Under the pieces are notes generated by a model that saw only the letters and a list, made by a program, of their open reading frames with translations, searched no databases and had not been told where the DNA came from. Shown here piece after piece: positions 50,142 through 59,868 of a DNA stretch of 64,000 nt. The translations under genes and the position numbers were made by a program. Positions within the stretch are counted from its first letter, which is position 1, and each line of letters begins with the position of its first letter. This DNA is from an uncultured virus (IMG/VR IMGVR_UViG_3300025902_000018) (lineage: Duplodnaviria > Heunggongvirae > Uroviricota > Caudoviricetes). The stretch lies in the IMG/VR virus record IMGVR_UViG_3300025902_000018. One strand, 5' to 3'.

Positions 50142-50618
50142 ATGAGATGTAACCTGGTAGATCCTAGAATATTGACCGATCAACATCTAATGGCAGAACG
50201 TCGTGAGTTAAGAATGATTCCTCCGTTATTGGAGAAACAGGTGTCTATCTTAGGAAAAAACATTAGGTCAGAACTTAGGAGAAAGATCCCATCCCAGTTT
50301 ACCTTAGGGAAAGGTCACATGCTGTTCTGGTTGGATAAGTTTAAATTTCTGGAAGGTAGGTTTAATGCCCTAACTAAAGAGATGAAGTTTAGGGGGTTTT
50401 CCCCAGACACCTCGTTAACCTTGGAAATAACTCTAGCTAAACAACATGGTCTCTATTACTCTTGGCTTCCTTCCTTACCTGATATTCTACTCAGTAAGGC
50501 CCGAATAGTAGAACGAATCCTACAGAAACCTACCTGGTATCGATTTCATTCCTTACCTATTTCAGCAGCGTGGGTGGAGATGACCTACTTTCCTGAACAA
50601 AGTGTCACAGATCTCTGA
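50142..50618 (+). CDS. denV: Pyrimidine-dimer glycosylase (endonuclease V)
   Basis: MRCNLVDP..LTDQHLMAERREL, FTLGKGHMLF, RI..KPTWYR. Confidence 0.88.
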   Translation: MRCNLVDPRILTDQHLMAERRELRMIPPLLEKQVSILGKNIRSELRRKIPSQFTLGKGHMLFWLDKFKFLEGRFNALTKEMKFRGFSPDTSLTLEITLAKQHGLYYSWLPSLPDILLSKARIVERILQKPTWYRFHSLPISAAWVEMTYFPEQSVTDL

Positions 50619-50639
50619 ATTTATTTTTCTAGGAGTTTA

Positions 50640-51131
50640 ATGAAAATGTTTATGACGTTTAAAGAATTGCAAGAGTCCATTAAAAAAGCTGAAAAACATA
50701 GTGCGTGTGTTGGAGAACTAGACATTTTGGAAACATTGTCTTCTATCGAAGAGTTCTTTGACCATCCTAACTGTGCATATTGGTTGTACTGGTATTCGGC
50801 AAAAGTAATGAAGAATAGGTGGCCAGAAGCAGAACATATAATTAAGAAGAATAAGATTTGGGCTTTCTATTATAGCTTCAAAGTTATTAAAGGTCGTTGG
50901 CCAGAAGCAGAAGGAGTAATTAAAAAAGATACTATGTGTTCATGTTTATATGCTATTGATGTCATTAAAGGACGTTGGCCGGAAGCAGAGGACGTTATTA
51001 TGCAGGATCCTTATTTTGCATATAGTTATGCTAAAACTGTCATTAAAGGACGTTGGCCGGAAGCAGAGGACGTTATTAAGAAGAATCATAAAATTTCTAA
51101 ACGATATTTCGAATCAATTGGTTTCAGTTGA
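50640..51131 (+). CDS. 26-aa GRWPEAE repeat protein 1 (4 repeats)
   Basis: Conserved N-cap plus repeats. Confidence 0.8.
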   Translation: MKMFMTFKELQESIKKAEKHSACVGELDILETLSSIEEFFDHPNCAYWLYWYSAKVMKNRWPEAEHIIKKNKIWAFYYSFKVIKGRWPEAEGVIKKDTMCSCLYAIDVIKGRWPEAEDVIMQDPYFAYSYAKTVIKGRWPEAEDVIKKNHKISKRYFESIGFS

Positions 51132-51280
51132 ACTTAGAAGTTTTGAAAACTTGAATTAAGTTCATCAACTTTACATCCTAATGTCCCAACCGGGTTTAAA
51201 TTTGGTAGTTCCTAGTGAACTTTTTGGATGGTTCTCCTGTGCGATGTCACAAATCAGTGAATTTATTTTTCAAGGAGGGG

Positions 51281-51309
51281 TTGTTTTCCTGGCTTAGCCA
51301 AGTTATACT
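51281..51309 (+). promoter_or_regulatory. Sigma70 early promoter
   Basis: TTGTTT-17-TATACT with upstream TGTCAC motif. Confidence 0.55.
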
Positions 51310-51339
51310 TCTTTCATAGTTTGAAACGGAGGAAAAACG

Positions 51340-51972
51340 ATGATACGCCAGTTTACCCAGAAGTTCGAAGACGGCTCCTACCCGGAAGGTGCTTTTTGTT
51401 TGGTGGTACATAAACAGTACAACCAAGGGGAAAGTGAAATGGTTATGGAGGACATTCTCCACGGCTGTGTCCTGGCAATCGGTGAACATAATTACTATGA
51501 CGATTCCGACTTTTATGCAATAGTCTGGGATTCAAGTATTGGTCAACCCCGTAAAATCATTTATGCGACAACCCGTGCCTGGAGTTATCCTTGTGGGGCA
51601 GTTGTAGATGCCACTCCAGAAATTAAAGCTACCTACTCCGAGTGGGAAGCTAATCATAAGCTGGTTTGGGATGCGTACCATAAAGAAGTCGCTGCCTATG
51701 TTCCAGAAAAAGGTAAACTGGCTAAGTCAATTACCACTAAGGGTAAAGCCAAAGATCTTGAAGGTGAGATCTTCTGGATCGGGGACTCTAAGTTCAATGG
51801 AGAAAAGACCGTCGGGATTAGGGATGAAGATGGACGTTCCGCTTATGTTGCCCTGGAACGGACTCGGCTCTGGCATGAAGGACAACAGGAGTGGGTGAAG
51901 CCAGCTCATTATGTCAATAGTCTACGTTGTTGGGACACTTATGAAGTTCCGGTACCTCCTACATCTTATTGA
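51340..51972 (+). CDS. Hypothetical early protein
   Basis: GGAGG RBS; YDDSDFYAIVWD. Confidence 0.7.
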   Translation: MIRQFTQKFEDGSYPEGAFCLVVHKQYNQGESEMVMEDILHGCVLAIGEHNYYDDSDFYAIVWDSSIGQPRKIIYATTRAWSYPCGAVVDATPEIKATYSEWEANHKLVWDAYHKEVAAYVPEKGKLAKSITTKGKAKDLEGEIFWIGDSKFNGEKTVGIRDEDGRSAYVALERTRLWHEGQQEWVKPAHYVNSLRCWDTYEVPVPPTSY

Positions 51973-52015
51973 TATTGACGGGGGTCTTAGAGCCCCCTTC
52001 CTTGAGGTAACTATC

Positions 52016-52408
52016 ATGTGGACTAAATTCTGGGACATGGCATCTGGTGGTAGCCACAAAGAAAAGTGGGACCACATCTATATCGAATCTGTGGAGGAAG
52101 AGGCTAAAATCATCTTCTTCAATAGGTTTAAACACAATCCTAACCGGGTGTCCTGTACCTGTTGTGGTGAAGATTATGACATCTGCGAATATCAGAGTCT
52201 TAAAGAGGCAACTGCTTTTGACCGAGGGTGTGCTTACGATGGTGAAAACAAGTGCTATCTGGAAAACATTGAGTCTGGGTACAAAGAGTACCAATCAGTC
52301 GAAGACTACCTGAAAAATGAAAATGTCCTGATAATCTTCGCAGATGATATCACCCCCGAAGAACGAGAAGGTGAAATCCCTGTTCAAGGCTACGTCTGGG
52401 TTGATTAG
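52016..52408 (+). CDS. Hypothetical protein with Cys cluster
   Basis: FWDMASGG...NRVSCTCCGEDY. Confidence 0.65.
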   Translation: MWTKFWDMASGGSHKEKWDHIYIESVEEEAKIIFFNRFKHNPNRVSCTCCGEDYDICEYQSLKEATAFDRGCAYDGENKCYLENIESGYKEYQSVEDYLKNENVLIIFADDITPEEREGEIPVQGYVWVD

Positions 52409-52418
52409 AGGAAACAAA

Positions 52419-53474
52419 ATGACTCGTACTCTTGCTACTATTCAGAAAGTTTTTGAAGTTATCAATCATCCTAATGCTGATCGGCTTGATTTAGCCAAGA
52501 TTAAAGGGTGGACTGTCGTTACTGGACGTGACGAAGTAAAGCCCGGTGATTGGGTTATCTACTTTGAGATTGATTCATTCCTTCCAGAGATTCCAGAGTT
52601 TGAATTTCTGCGAAACTCCTCGTTTAGGACTCATCCGGAGTTGGGGTCTGGCTTTAAACTGAAAACTCAGAAACTTAGGGGAGTTATCTCTCAAGGTTTG
52701 CTTATTCCCTTTACTAAGATTGAACATCTTCTCCCAGACAGTTTACCTGGCCTAGAAGAAAATTTAGATGTAACTGAGTTCCTGAATATCAAGAAGTGGG
52801 AACCGGTCATTCCTACCCAACTTCAGGGGTTTGTAAAAGGAAACTTTCCTTCGTTTCTCCGAAAGAGTGACCAGGAAAGAATCGAAAATTGTTCAGGTAC
52901 TGTCTTTACTGACTATCAAGAAACCTTGTTTGAGGTTACTTTGAAATTGGATGGCAGTTCATGTACCACCTACTTTAAAGATGGAGAAGTGGGGGTCTGT
53001 TCCAGGAATTTAGAGCTGAAGTTAGCCGAAGAGAATGAGACTAACGCCTTTGTCAAGACCGCCACAGAAACAGGTCTCCTTGCTGCCTTGAAAGGTCTAC
53101 ACCGAAATATAGCTGTTGCTGCAGAACTGATGGGTCCTGGGATTCAGGGGAATCGGGAGAAGTTAAACAAGTTAGATCTCTTTGTATTTGATATTTGGGA
53201 TATCGATGCCCAGGCCTACTTAGGTTCTCAAGAACGATTTCGAGTTGTTTCCCAGTTGACTAAACATGGCTTTTCTGGGGCACATGTCCCTTTGATTGAC
53301 ACAGGCAAAACTCTTTTAGAACTGGGAATAAGTGATGTACCCTCTTCTAAGGTATATGTAGACCGTCCTTCCTTAAATAGTTCTATTGCAGAAGGGTGTG
53401 TCTTTAAGAGTATCGATGGTCAGTTCTCCTTTAAGTCAATCAATAATAAGTACCTGTTGAAGTTTACTGATTAG
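52419..53474 (+). CDS. RNA ligase, DRB0094/Rnl5 family
   Basis: HPNADRL, YFEIDSFLP, LRGVISQGL, KLDGSS, ELMGPGIQGN, EGCVFK, SFKSINNKYL. Confidence 0.9.
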   Translation: MTRTLATIQKVFEVINHPNADRLDLAKIKGWTVVTGRDEVKPGDWVIYFEIDSFLPEIPEFEFLRNSSFRTHPELGSGFKLKTQKLRGVISQGLLIPFTKIEHLLPDSLPGLEENLDVTEFLNIKKWEPVIPTQLQGFVKGNFPSFLRKSDQERIENCSGTVFTDYQETLFEVTLKLDGSSCTTYFKDGEVGVCSRNLELKLAEENETNAFVKTATETGLLAALKGLHRNIAVAAELMGPGIQGNREKLNKLDLFVFDIWDIDAQAYLGSQERFRVVSQLTKHGFSGAHVPLIDTGKTLLELGISDVPSSKVYVDRPSLNSSIAEGCVFKSIDGQFSFKSINNKYLLKFTD

Positions 53475-54203
53475 GAGTGAAAAATGTTTCTAACTTTTCC
53501 AGAGCTTCAAGAGTGTATCAAGAAGGCTGAAGAACAGTGTGCGTGTTCTGATGAATTAGATACATTAAAATCATTGAACTTCATTGAAGAGTTCTTTTCT
53601 CATCCTAAATGTGCATATTGGTTGTACTGGTATGCAGCAAAAGTAATGAAGAATAGGTGGCTAGCAGCGGAAGAGATTATCAAGAATGATTCAAAGTGGG
53701 CATTCGAGTATAGTTTCAATGTCATACGGGGTAGGTTTAGAGCAGCAGAGGAAGTTATAAAACAAGATTATTTTTATGCTTATTGGTATGCTATTGATGT
53801 CATTAAAGGACGTTGGCCGGAAGCAGAGGACGTTATTATGCAGGATCCTTATTTTGCATATAGTTATGCTAAAACTGTAATTAAAGGACGTTGGGCGGAA
53901 GCAGAAGGAGTAATTAAAAAAGATAGCATATGTTCATGTTTATATGCTATTGATATCATTAAAGGACGTTGGCCAGAAGCTGAAGAAGTTATTAGTAAAT
54001 CTCCATGGTGTGCTTACCGTTATGCTAAAACTGTCATTAAAGGTCGTTGGCCAGAAGCAGAAGACGTTATTAAGAAGAATCATAAAATTTCTAAACAATA
54101 TTCAAGAGTTTAGATGGTCAGTTCTCCTTTAAGTCCATCAATAATAAGTACCTGTTGAAGTTTAATGATTAGGAGTGAAAAATGTTTCTAACTTTTCCAG
54201 AAT
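53414..54203 (+). repeat. About 90-bp direct repeat (53414-53503 and 54112-54201) bounding a tandem duplication
   Basis: gatggtcagttctcctttaagtc.atcaataataagtacctgttgaagttta.tgattaggagtgaaaaatgtttctaacttttccaga occurs twice. Confidence 0.9.
53484..54113 (+). CDS. 26-aa repeat protein 2 (6 repeats)
   Basis: Paralog. Confidence 0.8.
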   Translation: MFLTFPELQECIKKAEEQCACSDELDTLKSLNFIEEFFSHPKCAYWLYWYAAKVMKNRWLAAEEIIKNDSKWAFEYSFNVIRGRFRAAEEVIKQDYFYAYWYAIDVIKGRWPEAEDVIMQDPYFAYSYAKTVIKGRWAEAEGVIKKDSICSCLYAIDIIKGRWPEAEEVISKSPWCAYRYAKTVIKGRWPEAEDVIKKNHKISKQYSRV

Positions 54204-54976
54204 TACAAGAATGTATCAAGAAGGCTGAAGAAAATGGTGCTTGTTCTGATGATCTTTCTATCTTAAAAGATTTAACATCCATCGAAGAGTTCTTTGACCA
54301 TCCAAAGTGTGCTTTCTGGCTTTATTGGTACGCAAGAAATATTATCAACGGTCGTTGGCTGGAAGCAGAACCATTTATCAATAAAAATGTTGAATATTCT
54401 TATTGGTATGCGAGATGGGTAATTAAGGGGAGATGGGTAGAAGCAGAAACTGTTATTAGAACCTATCCTGATTGGGCTTACAGATATGCTAGATATGTGA
54501 TAAAAGGTAGATGGCCAGAAGTAGAATACATTATTTCTAAAAATGACATAACTACAGCTGTTCAATACGCTAGAGATGTTATCAATGGAAGATGGCCAGA
54601 AATTGAAGATAGAATATTAAGTGATTTAGAATTATCATTCATATATGCTAAGGATGTTATTAGGGGAAGGTGGATACCAGCAGAGGAAATCATTAAAAAA
54701 GATGCACGATGTTCTTATATGTACGCAAGATCTGTACTCAAATGTAGGTGGGAAGAGGTAGAGGATGTTATTAAAAATAATCCCGAGTGTGTTTACTTTT
54801 ATGCCAGACATGTTATCAACGCCCGTTGGCTAGAAGCAGAAGAGGTCATAAAAAGAGATCCAAAATGGGCTTACTTTTATGCTAAAGATGTAATCAAAGG
54901 TCGTTGGACAGAAGCTGAGGACTACCTTAAGACTGATCCTTGGTGGTTTGAAATCTACCAAATAGATGTCATCTAA
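54182..54976 (+). CDS. 26-aa repeat protein 3 (8 repeats)
   Basis: Paralog. Confidence 0.8.
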   Translation: MFLTFPELQECIKKAEENGACSDDLSILKDLTSIEEFFDHPKCAFWLYWYARNIINGRWLEAEPFINKNVEYSYWYARWVIKGRWVEAETVIRTYPDWAYRYARYVIKGRWPEVEYIISKNDITTAVQYARDVINGRWPEIEDRILSDLELSFIYAKDVIRGRWIPAEEIIKKDARCSYMYARSVLKCRWEEVEDVIKNNPECVYFYARHVINARWLEAEEVIKRDPKWAYFYAKDVIKGRWTEAEDYLKTDPWWFEIYQIDVI

Positions 54977-54986
54977 GGATACTGAA

Positions 54987-55631
54987 ATGAAAGCATTCTT
55001 AACTTTCTCAGAACTTCAAGACTGTATCGGGAAGGCTAATGATCATAATGCTTGTTCTGATGATCTTTCTAAGTTAAAAGATTTAACCTCTATTGAAGAG
55101 TTCTTTGATCATCCAAAATGTGCTTTCTGGCTGTGCTGGTATGTTGCTAACGTTATGAGATGCCGTTGGCCAGAGGCAGAAGAGATTATCAGGAATGATC
55201 CAAAGTGGGCATTCGAATATAGTTTTAATGTCATTAAAGGACGTTGGAATGAAGCAGAAGAGGTCATTAAACAAGATCCTTACTGGGCTTACCGGTATAG
55301 TTTAGATGTCATTAAAGGCCGTTGGCCAGAAGCGGAAGAAGTTATAAAACAATATTCATTTAGCTCTTTTAATTATGCTGCTAAAATCATGAAATGTAGG
55401 TGGCCAGACGCCGAAGAGGTTATAAAACGGGATCCTAAATGGGCTTTTTGGTATAGTTTAGATGTCGTTAAAGGTCGTTGGACTGAAGCCGAAGAGGTGA
55501 TTAAACAGTATCCTAACTGGGCTTATTGGTATGCTAAAGAGGTAATCAAAGGCCGTTGGCCAGAAGCTGAAGAGGTTATTATGAATGATCCAGAGTGGGC
55601 TTCAGAGTACTATTTACTAGGAGTTGAATGA
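54987..55631 (+). CDS. 26-aa repeat protein 4 (6 repeats)
   Basis: Paralog. Confidence 0.8.
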   Translation: MKAFLTFSELQDCIGKANDHNACSDDLSKLKDLTSIEEFFDHPKCAFWLCWYVANVMRCRWPEAEEIIRNDPKWAFEYSFNVIKGRWNEAEEVIKQDPYWAYRYSLDVIKGRWPEAEEVIKQYSFSSFNYAAKIMKCRWPDAEEVIKRDPKWAFWYSLDVVKGRWTEAEEVIKQYPNWAYWYAKEVIKGRWPEAEEVIMNDPEWASEYYLLGVE

Positions 55632-56254
55632 CAATGTTTATGACTTTTGAAGAATTACAAGACTGTATCAGAAAGGCTAAAGAGCATAATGTTTGTTCTA
55701 CTGATCTTTCTATCTTAAAAGATTTAACCTCTATTGAAGAGTTCTTTGATCATCCAAAATGTGCTTTCTGGTTGTGCTGGTATGCTGCTAAAGTTATGAG
55801 ATGTCGCTGGCCAGAGGCAGAAGAAATAATCAGGAAAGAACCGTTGATAGCTTACCGGTATGCCTTTTTCGTCATTGATGGACGGTGGCCAGAAGCAGAA
55901 GAGATAATTGGAACCAATGCAGAAAGCGCTTATTGGTACGTCCGTGATTTCATTGGAGAACGATGGATTCCCTTTGAAAATGTGCTGAAATCTAATCCTC
56001 CCTGGGCTTATTGGTATGCTAAGGATATCATTAAAGGTCGTTGGCCAGCAGCAGAAGAATTCATTCAAAAAGATGCGGGGACAGCCTACCTATACGCTTT
56101 GAACGTCATTAAAGGTCGCTGGCCAGAAGCCGAAGATGTGATTAAAAATGCACCTAAATGGGCATATGACTATGCAACCCGTATCATCAAAGGACGGTGG
56201 GCAGAAGCGGAAGATGCAATATACAGGTACACCCACTACACGAGTTACTACTAA
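55628..56254 (+). CDS. 26-aa repeat protein 5 (6 repeats)
   Basis: Paralog. Confidence 0.8.
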   Translation: MTMFMTFEELQDCIRKAKEHNVCSTDLSILKDLTSIEEFFDHPKCAFWLCWYAAKVMRCRWPEAEEIIRKEPLIAYRYAFFVIDGRWPEAEEIIGTNAESAYWYVRDFIGERWIPFENVLKSNPPWAYWYAKDIIKGRWPAAEEFIQKDAGTAYLYALNVIKGRWPEAEDVIKNAPKWAYDYATRIIKGRWAEAEDAIYRYTHYTSYY

Positions 56255-56288
56255 TTTAAATAGGGAATCACCTAAAAAAGAAGAGATT

Positions 56289-57194
56289 ATGAAAGCAATC
56301 TTAACCGTAGGAGTATCTGCTTCTGGGAAAAGTCAGTGGGCAGAGACCTTTGTTCAAGAGCATCCAGACTATATCAATCTGAATAGCGATACTATTCGAC
56401 AAGATTTCTGGTACAGTCTTTATGACATCCCATTCTCCTGGCATGGATGGAGACGATGTATCCACTTGGAAAAGGAAGTCTATAGGATCCTAAAAGCTAA
56501 AATAGCAGATGCCATTCAGAAGCAACAGAATGTAATCATCTCCAACACCCACTTAAATAAGAAGACCCGGGAATGGACGGTGTCTCAATTCCAATCTGCT
56601 GGCTATGAAGTAACCTTGAAACTCTTTGATATTTCCTTTGCCGAGGCGGTAGAACGAGATCAGGAACGTCTTTACCCAGTAGGCTATCAGGTTATTGCCC
56701 AACAGTTCATTCAGTGGGATAAATTTGTTAAACAACAGTACAGTTCAGATCCAGAACTACCAAAGGCGATCATAGTTGATATAGATGGGACTTTAACCCA
56801 CATCAATTCTAAGAGGTCTCCTTTTGCTTGGAACTTAGTAGGAAATGATGAGCCTAATCCTGTTGTAGTAGATCTTGTTCGGCGGTATAGTGGGGATCAC
56901 TGCATTGTCATTCTAACCGGGAGAGAAGCCCTCGCTAAAGACCAAACTGAACTCTGGTTGAAAAAACATGATATCCCCTTTGATATCTTGATAATGCGAG
57001 AGATTTCAGACAATAGACGAGGAGATATAGTAAAGGAAGAGTTGTTTTGGTCTAAGATTGCAAATTCGTTCAATGTGGTTTTTGCTATTGAGGATACCCC
57101 TAAAGTAGTCAGGATGTGGCAATCTATCAATGTTCCGGTGTTCGCTATCGGAAACCAATACATCGAGAAGTCTTGGCAGAAACCTAAACTCTAA
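56289..57194 (+). CDS. pseT: Polynucleotide kinase/3'-phosphatase
   Basis: GVSASGKS P-loop; DIDGTL HAD motif; LTGR. Confidence 0.9.
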   Translation: MKAILTVGVSASGKSQWAETFVQEHPDYINLNSDTIRQDFWYSLYDIPFSWHGWRRCIHLEKEVYRILKAKIADAIQKQQNVIISNTHLNKKTREWTVSQFQSAGYEVTLKLFDISFAEAVERDQERLYPVGYQVIAQQFIQWDKFVKQQYSSDPELPKAIIVDIDGTLTHINSKRSPFAWNLVGNDEPNPVVVDLVRRYSGDHCIVILTGREALAKDQTELWLKKHDIPFDILIMREISDNRRGDIVKEELFWSKIANSFNVVFAIEDTPKVVRMWQSINVPVFAIGNQYIEKSWQKPKL

Positions 57195-57207
57195 AAGGAA
57201 GTCTTTT

Positions 57208-57747
57208 ATGAAATTAACCTTTCAAGTTCTCTCTTCCCCCTCTCAGGTGGCTCCGTTTAAACATGCCATTGAGAAACATCTCATGGATCTACCTCCGGAA
57301 GATAGGAACTTTAGATTCTTTGGAGTATCTAAAGCCAATGTAGACTTCTGGATTAATAAAATTACTACTTCCTCTGACTCTAAGCATATTATAGTGCTTA
57401 TCTTCGATGAGGATGAAGTTGTAGCTGCTGGAGATATAGCGTACAGCACCCCCAAGAATGTTGCTGAGTTAGCATTATCGGTATCCCCTGAGGTACGGAA
57501 ACTACTGGTTACCACTACAGATATCCCTAATGAACTAGAAAGCACACAGGATGGCACCAAGATCAATAAGTGGTTACTAGGAACATTGGTTGATATTGCT
57601 AAAGGAGATGGGTTTAACGGAGTTTCCTACTCAACGATGCCAGAAAATCAGAAAATGTTGACCTTAGGAAAGAATATGGGATTTTCACATAAATGGATTG
57701 ATGGAGCAGTTATGGGAGAAAAGAACTTTCAAGGAGACGAATTGTGA
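57208..57747 (+). CDS. GNAT-fold protein
   Basis: RNFRFFG, AELALSV, MPENQKMLTLGKNMGF. Confidence 0.7.
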   Translation: MKLTFQVLSSPSQVAPFKHAIEKHLMDLPPEDRNFRFFGVSKANVDFWINKITTSSDSKHIIVLIFDEDEVVAAGDIAYSTPKNVAELALSVSPEVRKLLVTTTDIPNELESTQDGTKINKWLLGTLVDIAKGDGFNGVSYSTMPENQKMLTLGKNMGFSHKWIDGAVMGEKNFQGDEL

Positions 57748-57941
57748 TTTGTCCATCCTGTCAGGAGGAAGAGATTTCCCAAGGTAGACTAAAGTTAGGG
57801 TATTGGATCTGTCTGACCTGTGGGGAAGAAATGGCTAAACGACAACGGTCTGCCTGGACGGTCGTGCCACTTCACAAGTCCTCCTACATTCTTGTCACTG
57901 ACAAGAGTCTCCTTTCCCAGTTGAACAAAACTGCGGCCTAG
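57744..57941 (+). CDS. C4 zinc-finger protein (TraR/DksA-finger-like)
   Basis: CPSC...GRLKLGYWICLTC. Confidence 0.55.
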   Translation: MICPSCQEEEISQGRLKLGYWICLTCGEEMAKRQRSAWTVVPLHKSSYILVTDKSLLSQLNKTAA

Positions 57942-57945
57942 CATA

Positions 57946-57972
57946 GAATGCCCCGAACGGGGCATTCTTCAT
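57946..57972 (+). terminator. Stem-loop terminator
   Basis: gaatgcccc-gaac-ggggcattc-tt. Confidence 0.65.
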
Positions 57973-57990
57973 TCATTCAAGGAGAACACC

Positions 57991-58353
57991 ATGGCGATGC
58001 CAACTTTATCCTTTTCGGCTCTTTCCCAACTCTCTGACTGGGAAGAAGAGTTAGTAAGTTCTTTCTTAGACCACCATAATCGAATCAGACCTTTCTGGCA
58101 AGGAAGATTATCTTTTCCTGAAAAGTTTGTCTATGGTCATCTATTAAATAAGTTATATGAGGATCCTAGATTCTGTGTTCCGGTAATCCCACTTTCGGAT
58201 CCCTTTATCTACCCATTCAGAAAGTACATTGATTCTGGAGATTGGCGAGGTTTTAAAGAACAACTTAATTATGATCCAGTAGACTTACTAATCCTTATTC
58301 AGAAACTTTTGAAACTAGTGACACTTGATCAACACACAATCACGTTAAGGTGA
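57991..58353 (+). CDS. Hypothetical protein
   Basis: AGGAG RBS, 120 aa. Confidence 0.6.
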   Translation: MAMPTLSFSALSQLSDWEEELVSSFLDHHNRIRPFWQGRLSFPEKFVYGHLLNKLYEDPRFCVPVIPLSDPFIYPFRKYIDSGDWRGFKEQLNYDPVDLLILIQKLLKLVTLDQHTITLR

Positions 58354-58581
58354 ACTAAGATGGGAAAAATATTTCAATTTCCAGGCAAGAAATCTAACCT
58401 TAAGAAAGGTAAAGTAGTTTCCAGGAAGGGTGGTACTCCTTCTAGTGGAACACCTACTTTAACTAGATTTACCTGGGTGGGGTTTCCAAGACCACCTGCG
58501 TTGAATGCAGAGTTTAACATGTTTCAACCCCCTATAAATGATATAAATAGGTAAAAATTCATCTAAAACGGTAAATTCCAC

Positions 58582-59799
58582 GTGAGCCATAAAGCCTTTA
58601 AACTTAGACTAGATCCCACACCAGAACAAACAGTCTTGTTGAACAAGACTTTTGGTTGTGTCCGGGCCATCTGGAATCAAAGAGTCTATAGCTTCAATAA
58701 TTGGAGTCCAGGAACTGACACAGTAGAACCTACCATCAAGGAGTTAAAGGTTATCTATCCTTGGTTGTCTGAAGTTCCTTACAACGCATTAGAACAGAAA
58801 CTCAACGATTGGCGGTCATTTAAGTCCCAATTCTTCAACAAGAAAAGGAAAAAGAAATTAGGAAGACCAAGCTTTAGAAGTCGTAGAGGACGTCAATCTT
58901 TTAGGTTATCTGTGAATGGATTTTCCTTTAAAGATAATCAAGTAGTGGTCTCTAAAATAGGTAAACTAAATCTTGTTGGTTATGATTTATCAATTTTACC
59001 TTTAGAGACTTGCAAGTCTATCACCATCTCTAAAGACCCTTCTGGGAAGTGTTTTTGTTCTATTCTTCTAGAAGTTACTATAGAACCTAAACCATTGACC
59101 GGTCAGATGGTTGGTATAGATTTAGGCATCAAAGATCTTTACATTCTTTCAGATGGTCAAGTTGTTGAAAACCCGAAGTGGTACCATGAAAACCAAGTGG
59201 TGCTGAAGAAGGCTCAACAACGGTTAGATAGAAAGGTTAAAGGTAGTAAACGGTATGAAAAGCAGCGAATCAAGGTAGCTAAGGTCTATGAGAAGATAAA
59301 GAACCAGAGAAACTACTTCCTTCACAACATCTCTTCTTCCTTAGTGACCAATTATGATCTTATCTGTCTTGAAGATTTGAACGTCTCTGGAATGGTCAAG
59401 AACCACTGTCTCTCTAAGGCCATCCAGAACGCTTCATGGTCTTCTTTTGTATCCATGTTGACCTACAAGTGTGATTGGTATGGAAAAACCTTGGTAAAGG
59501 TTGATCGGTTCTTTCCTTCCTCTAAGACTTGTTCTTCCTGTGGCTTCAAGATGGTCAAGATGCCTTTGTCTATTCGAGAATGGATCTGTCCTTCTTGTGG
59601 GTCAAGACACCATAGAGATCATAACGCTGCAAAGAACATTCTCCAGGAAGGCTTTAGAATCATAACTGGTCAGGAGTTTGCTAGTTTCCCTAAACTAGCT
59701 TCGGCAGAGTGTGTCGAATACAGACGTGGAGAGGTTGTAAGTCTATTTGATGCTCGTCATCACTTAGCATCCTTCGTGAAACGTCTAGAAGTTATATGA
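58582..59799 (+). CDS. tnpB: TnpB RNA-guided nuclease, catalytic triad intact
   Basis: GIDLG, CLEDL, CSSC...CPSC, RDHNAAKNI; TATAAATA at 58542. Confidence 0.93.
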   Translation: MSHKAFKLRLDPTPEQTVLLNKTFGCVRAIWNQRVYSFNNWSPGTDTVEPTIKELKVIYPWLSEVPYNALEQKLNDWRSFKSQFFNKKRKKKLGRPSFRSRRGRQSFRLSVNGFSFKDNQVVVSKIGKLNLVGYDLSILPLETCKSITISKDPSGKCFCSILLEVTIEPKPLTGQMVGIDLGIKDLYILSDGQVVENPKWYHENQVVLKKAQQRLDRKVKGSKRYEKQRIKVAKVYEKIKNQRNYFLHNISSSLVTNYDLICLEDLNVSGMVKNHCLSKAIQNASWSSFVSMLTYKCDWYGKTLVKVDRFFPSSKTCSSCGFKMVKMPLSIREWICPSCGSRHHRDHNAAKNILQEGFRIITGQEFASFPKLASAECVEYRRGEVVSLFDARHHLASFVKRLEVI

Positions 59800-59821
59800 A
59801 TTTATATGATTTCGGTACTAT
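59675..59821 (+). ncRNA. reRNA scaffold overlapping the tnpB 3' end
   Basis: Hairpin series homologous to the 12.5 kb and 22.2 kb copies. Confidence 0.65.
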
Positions 59822-59868
59822 TTCGATGATTATGATCTACCTCCACCTACTTGCGCATAGGAAACGTC

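Noticed and set aside
50640..56254. Diversity-generating retroelement
   Set aside because: No reverse transcriptase in the window and differences between copies are not adenine-specific
7471..59799. Nuclease-dead TnpB (TldR-like) regulators
   Set aside because: Both full-length TnpBs retain the D-E-D RuvC residues
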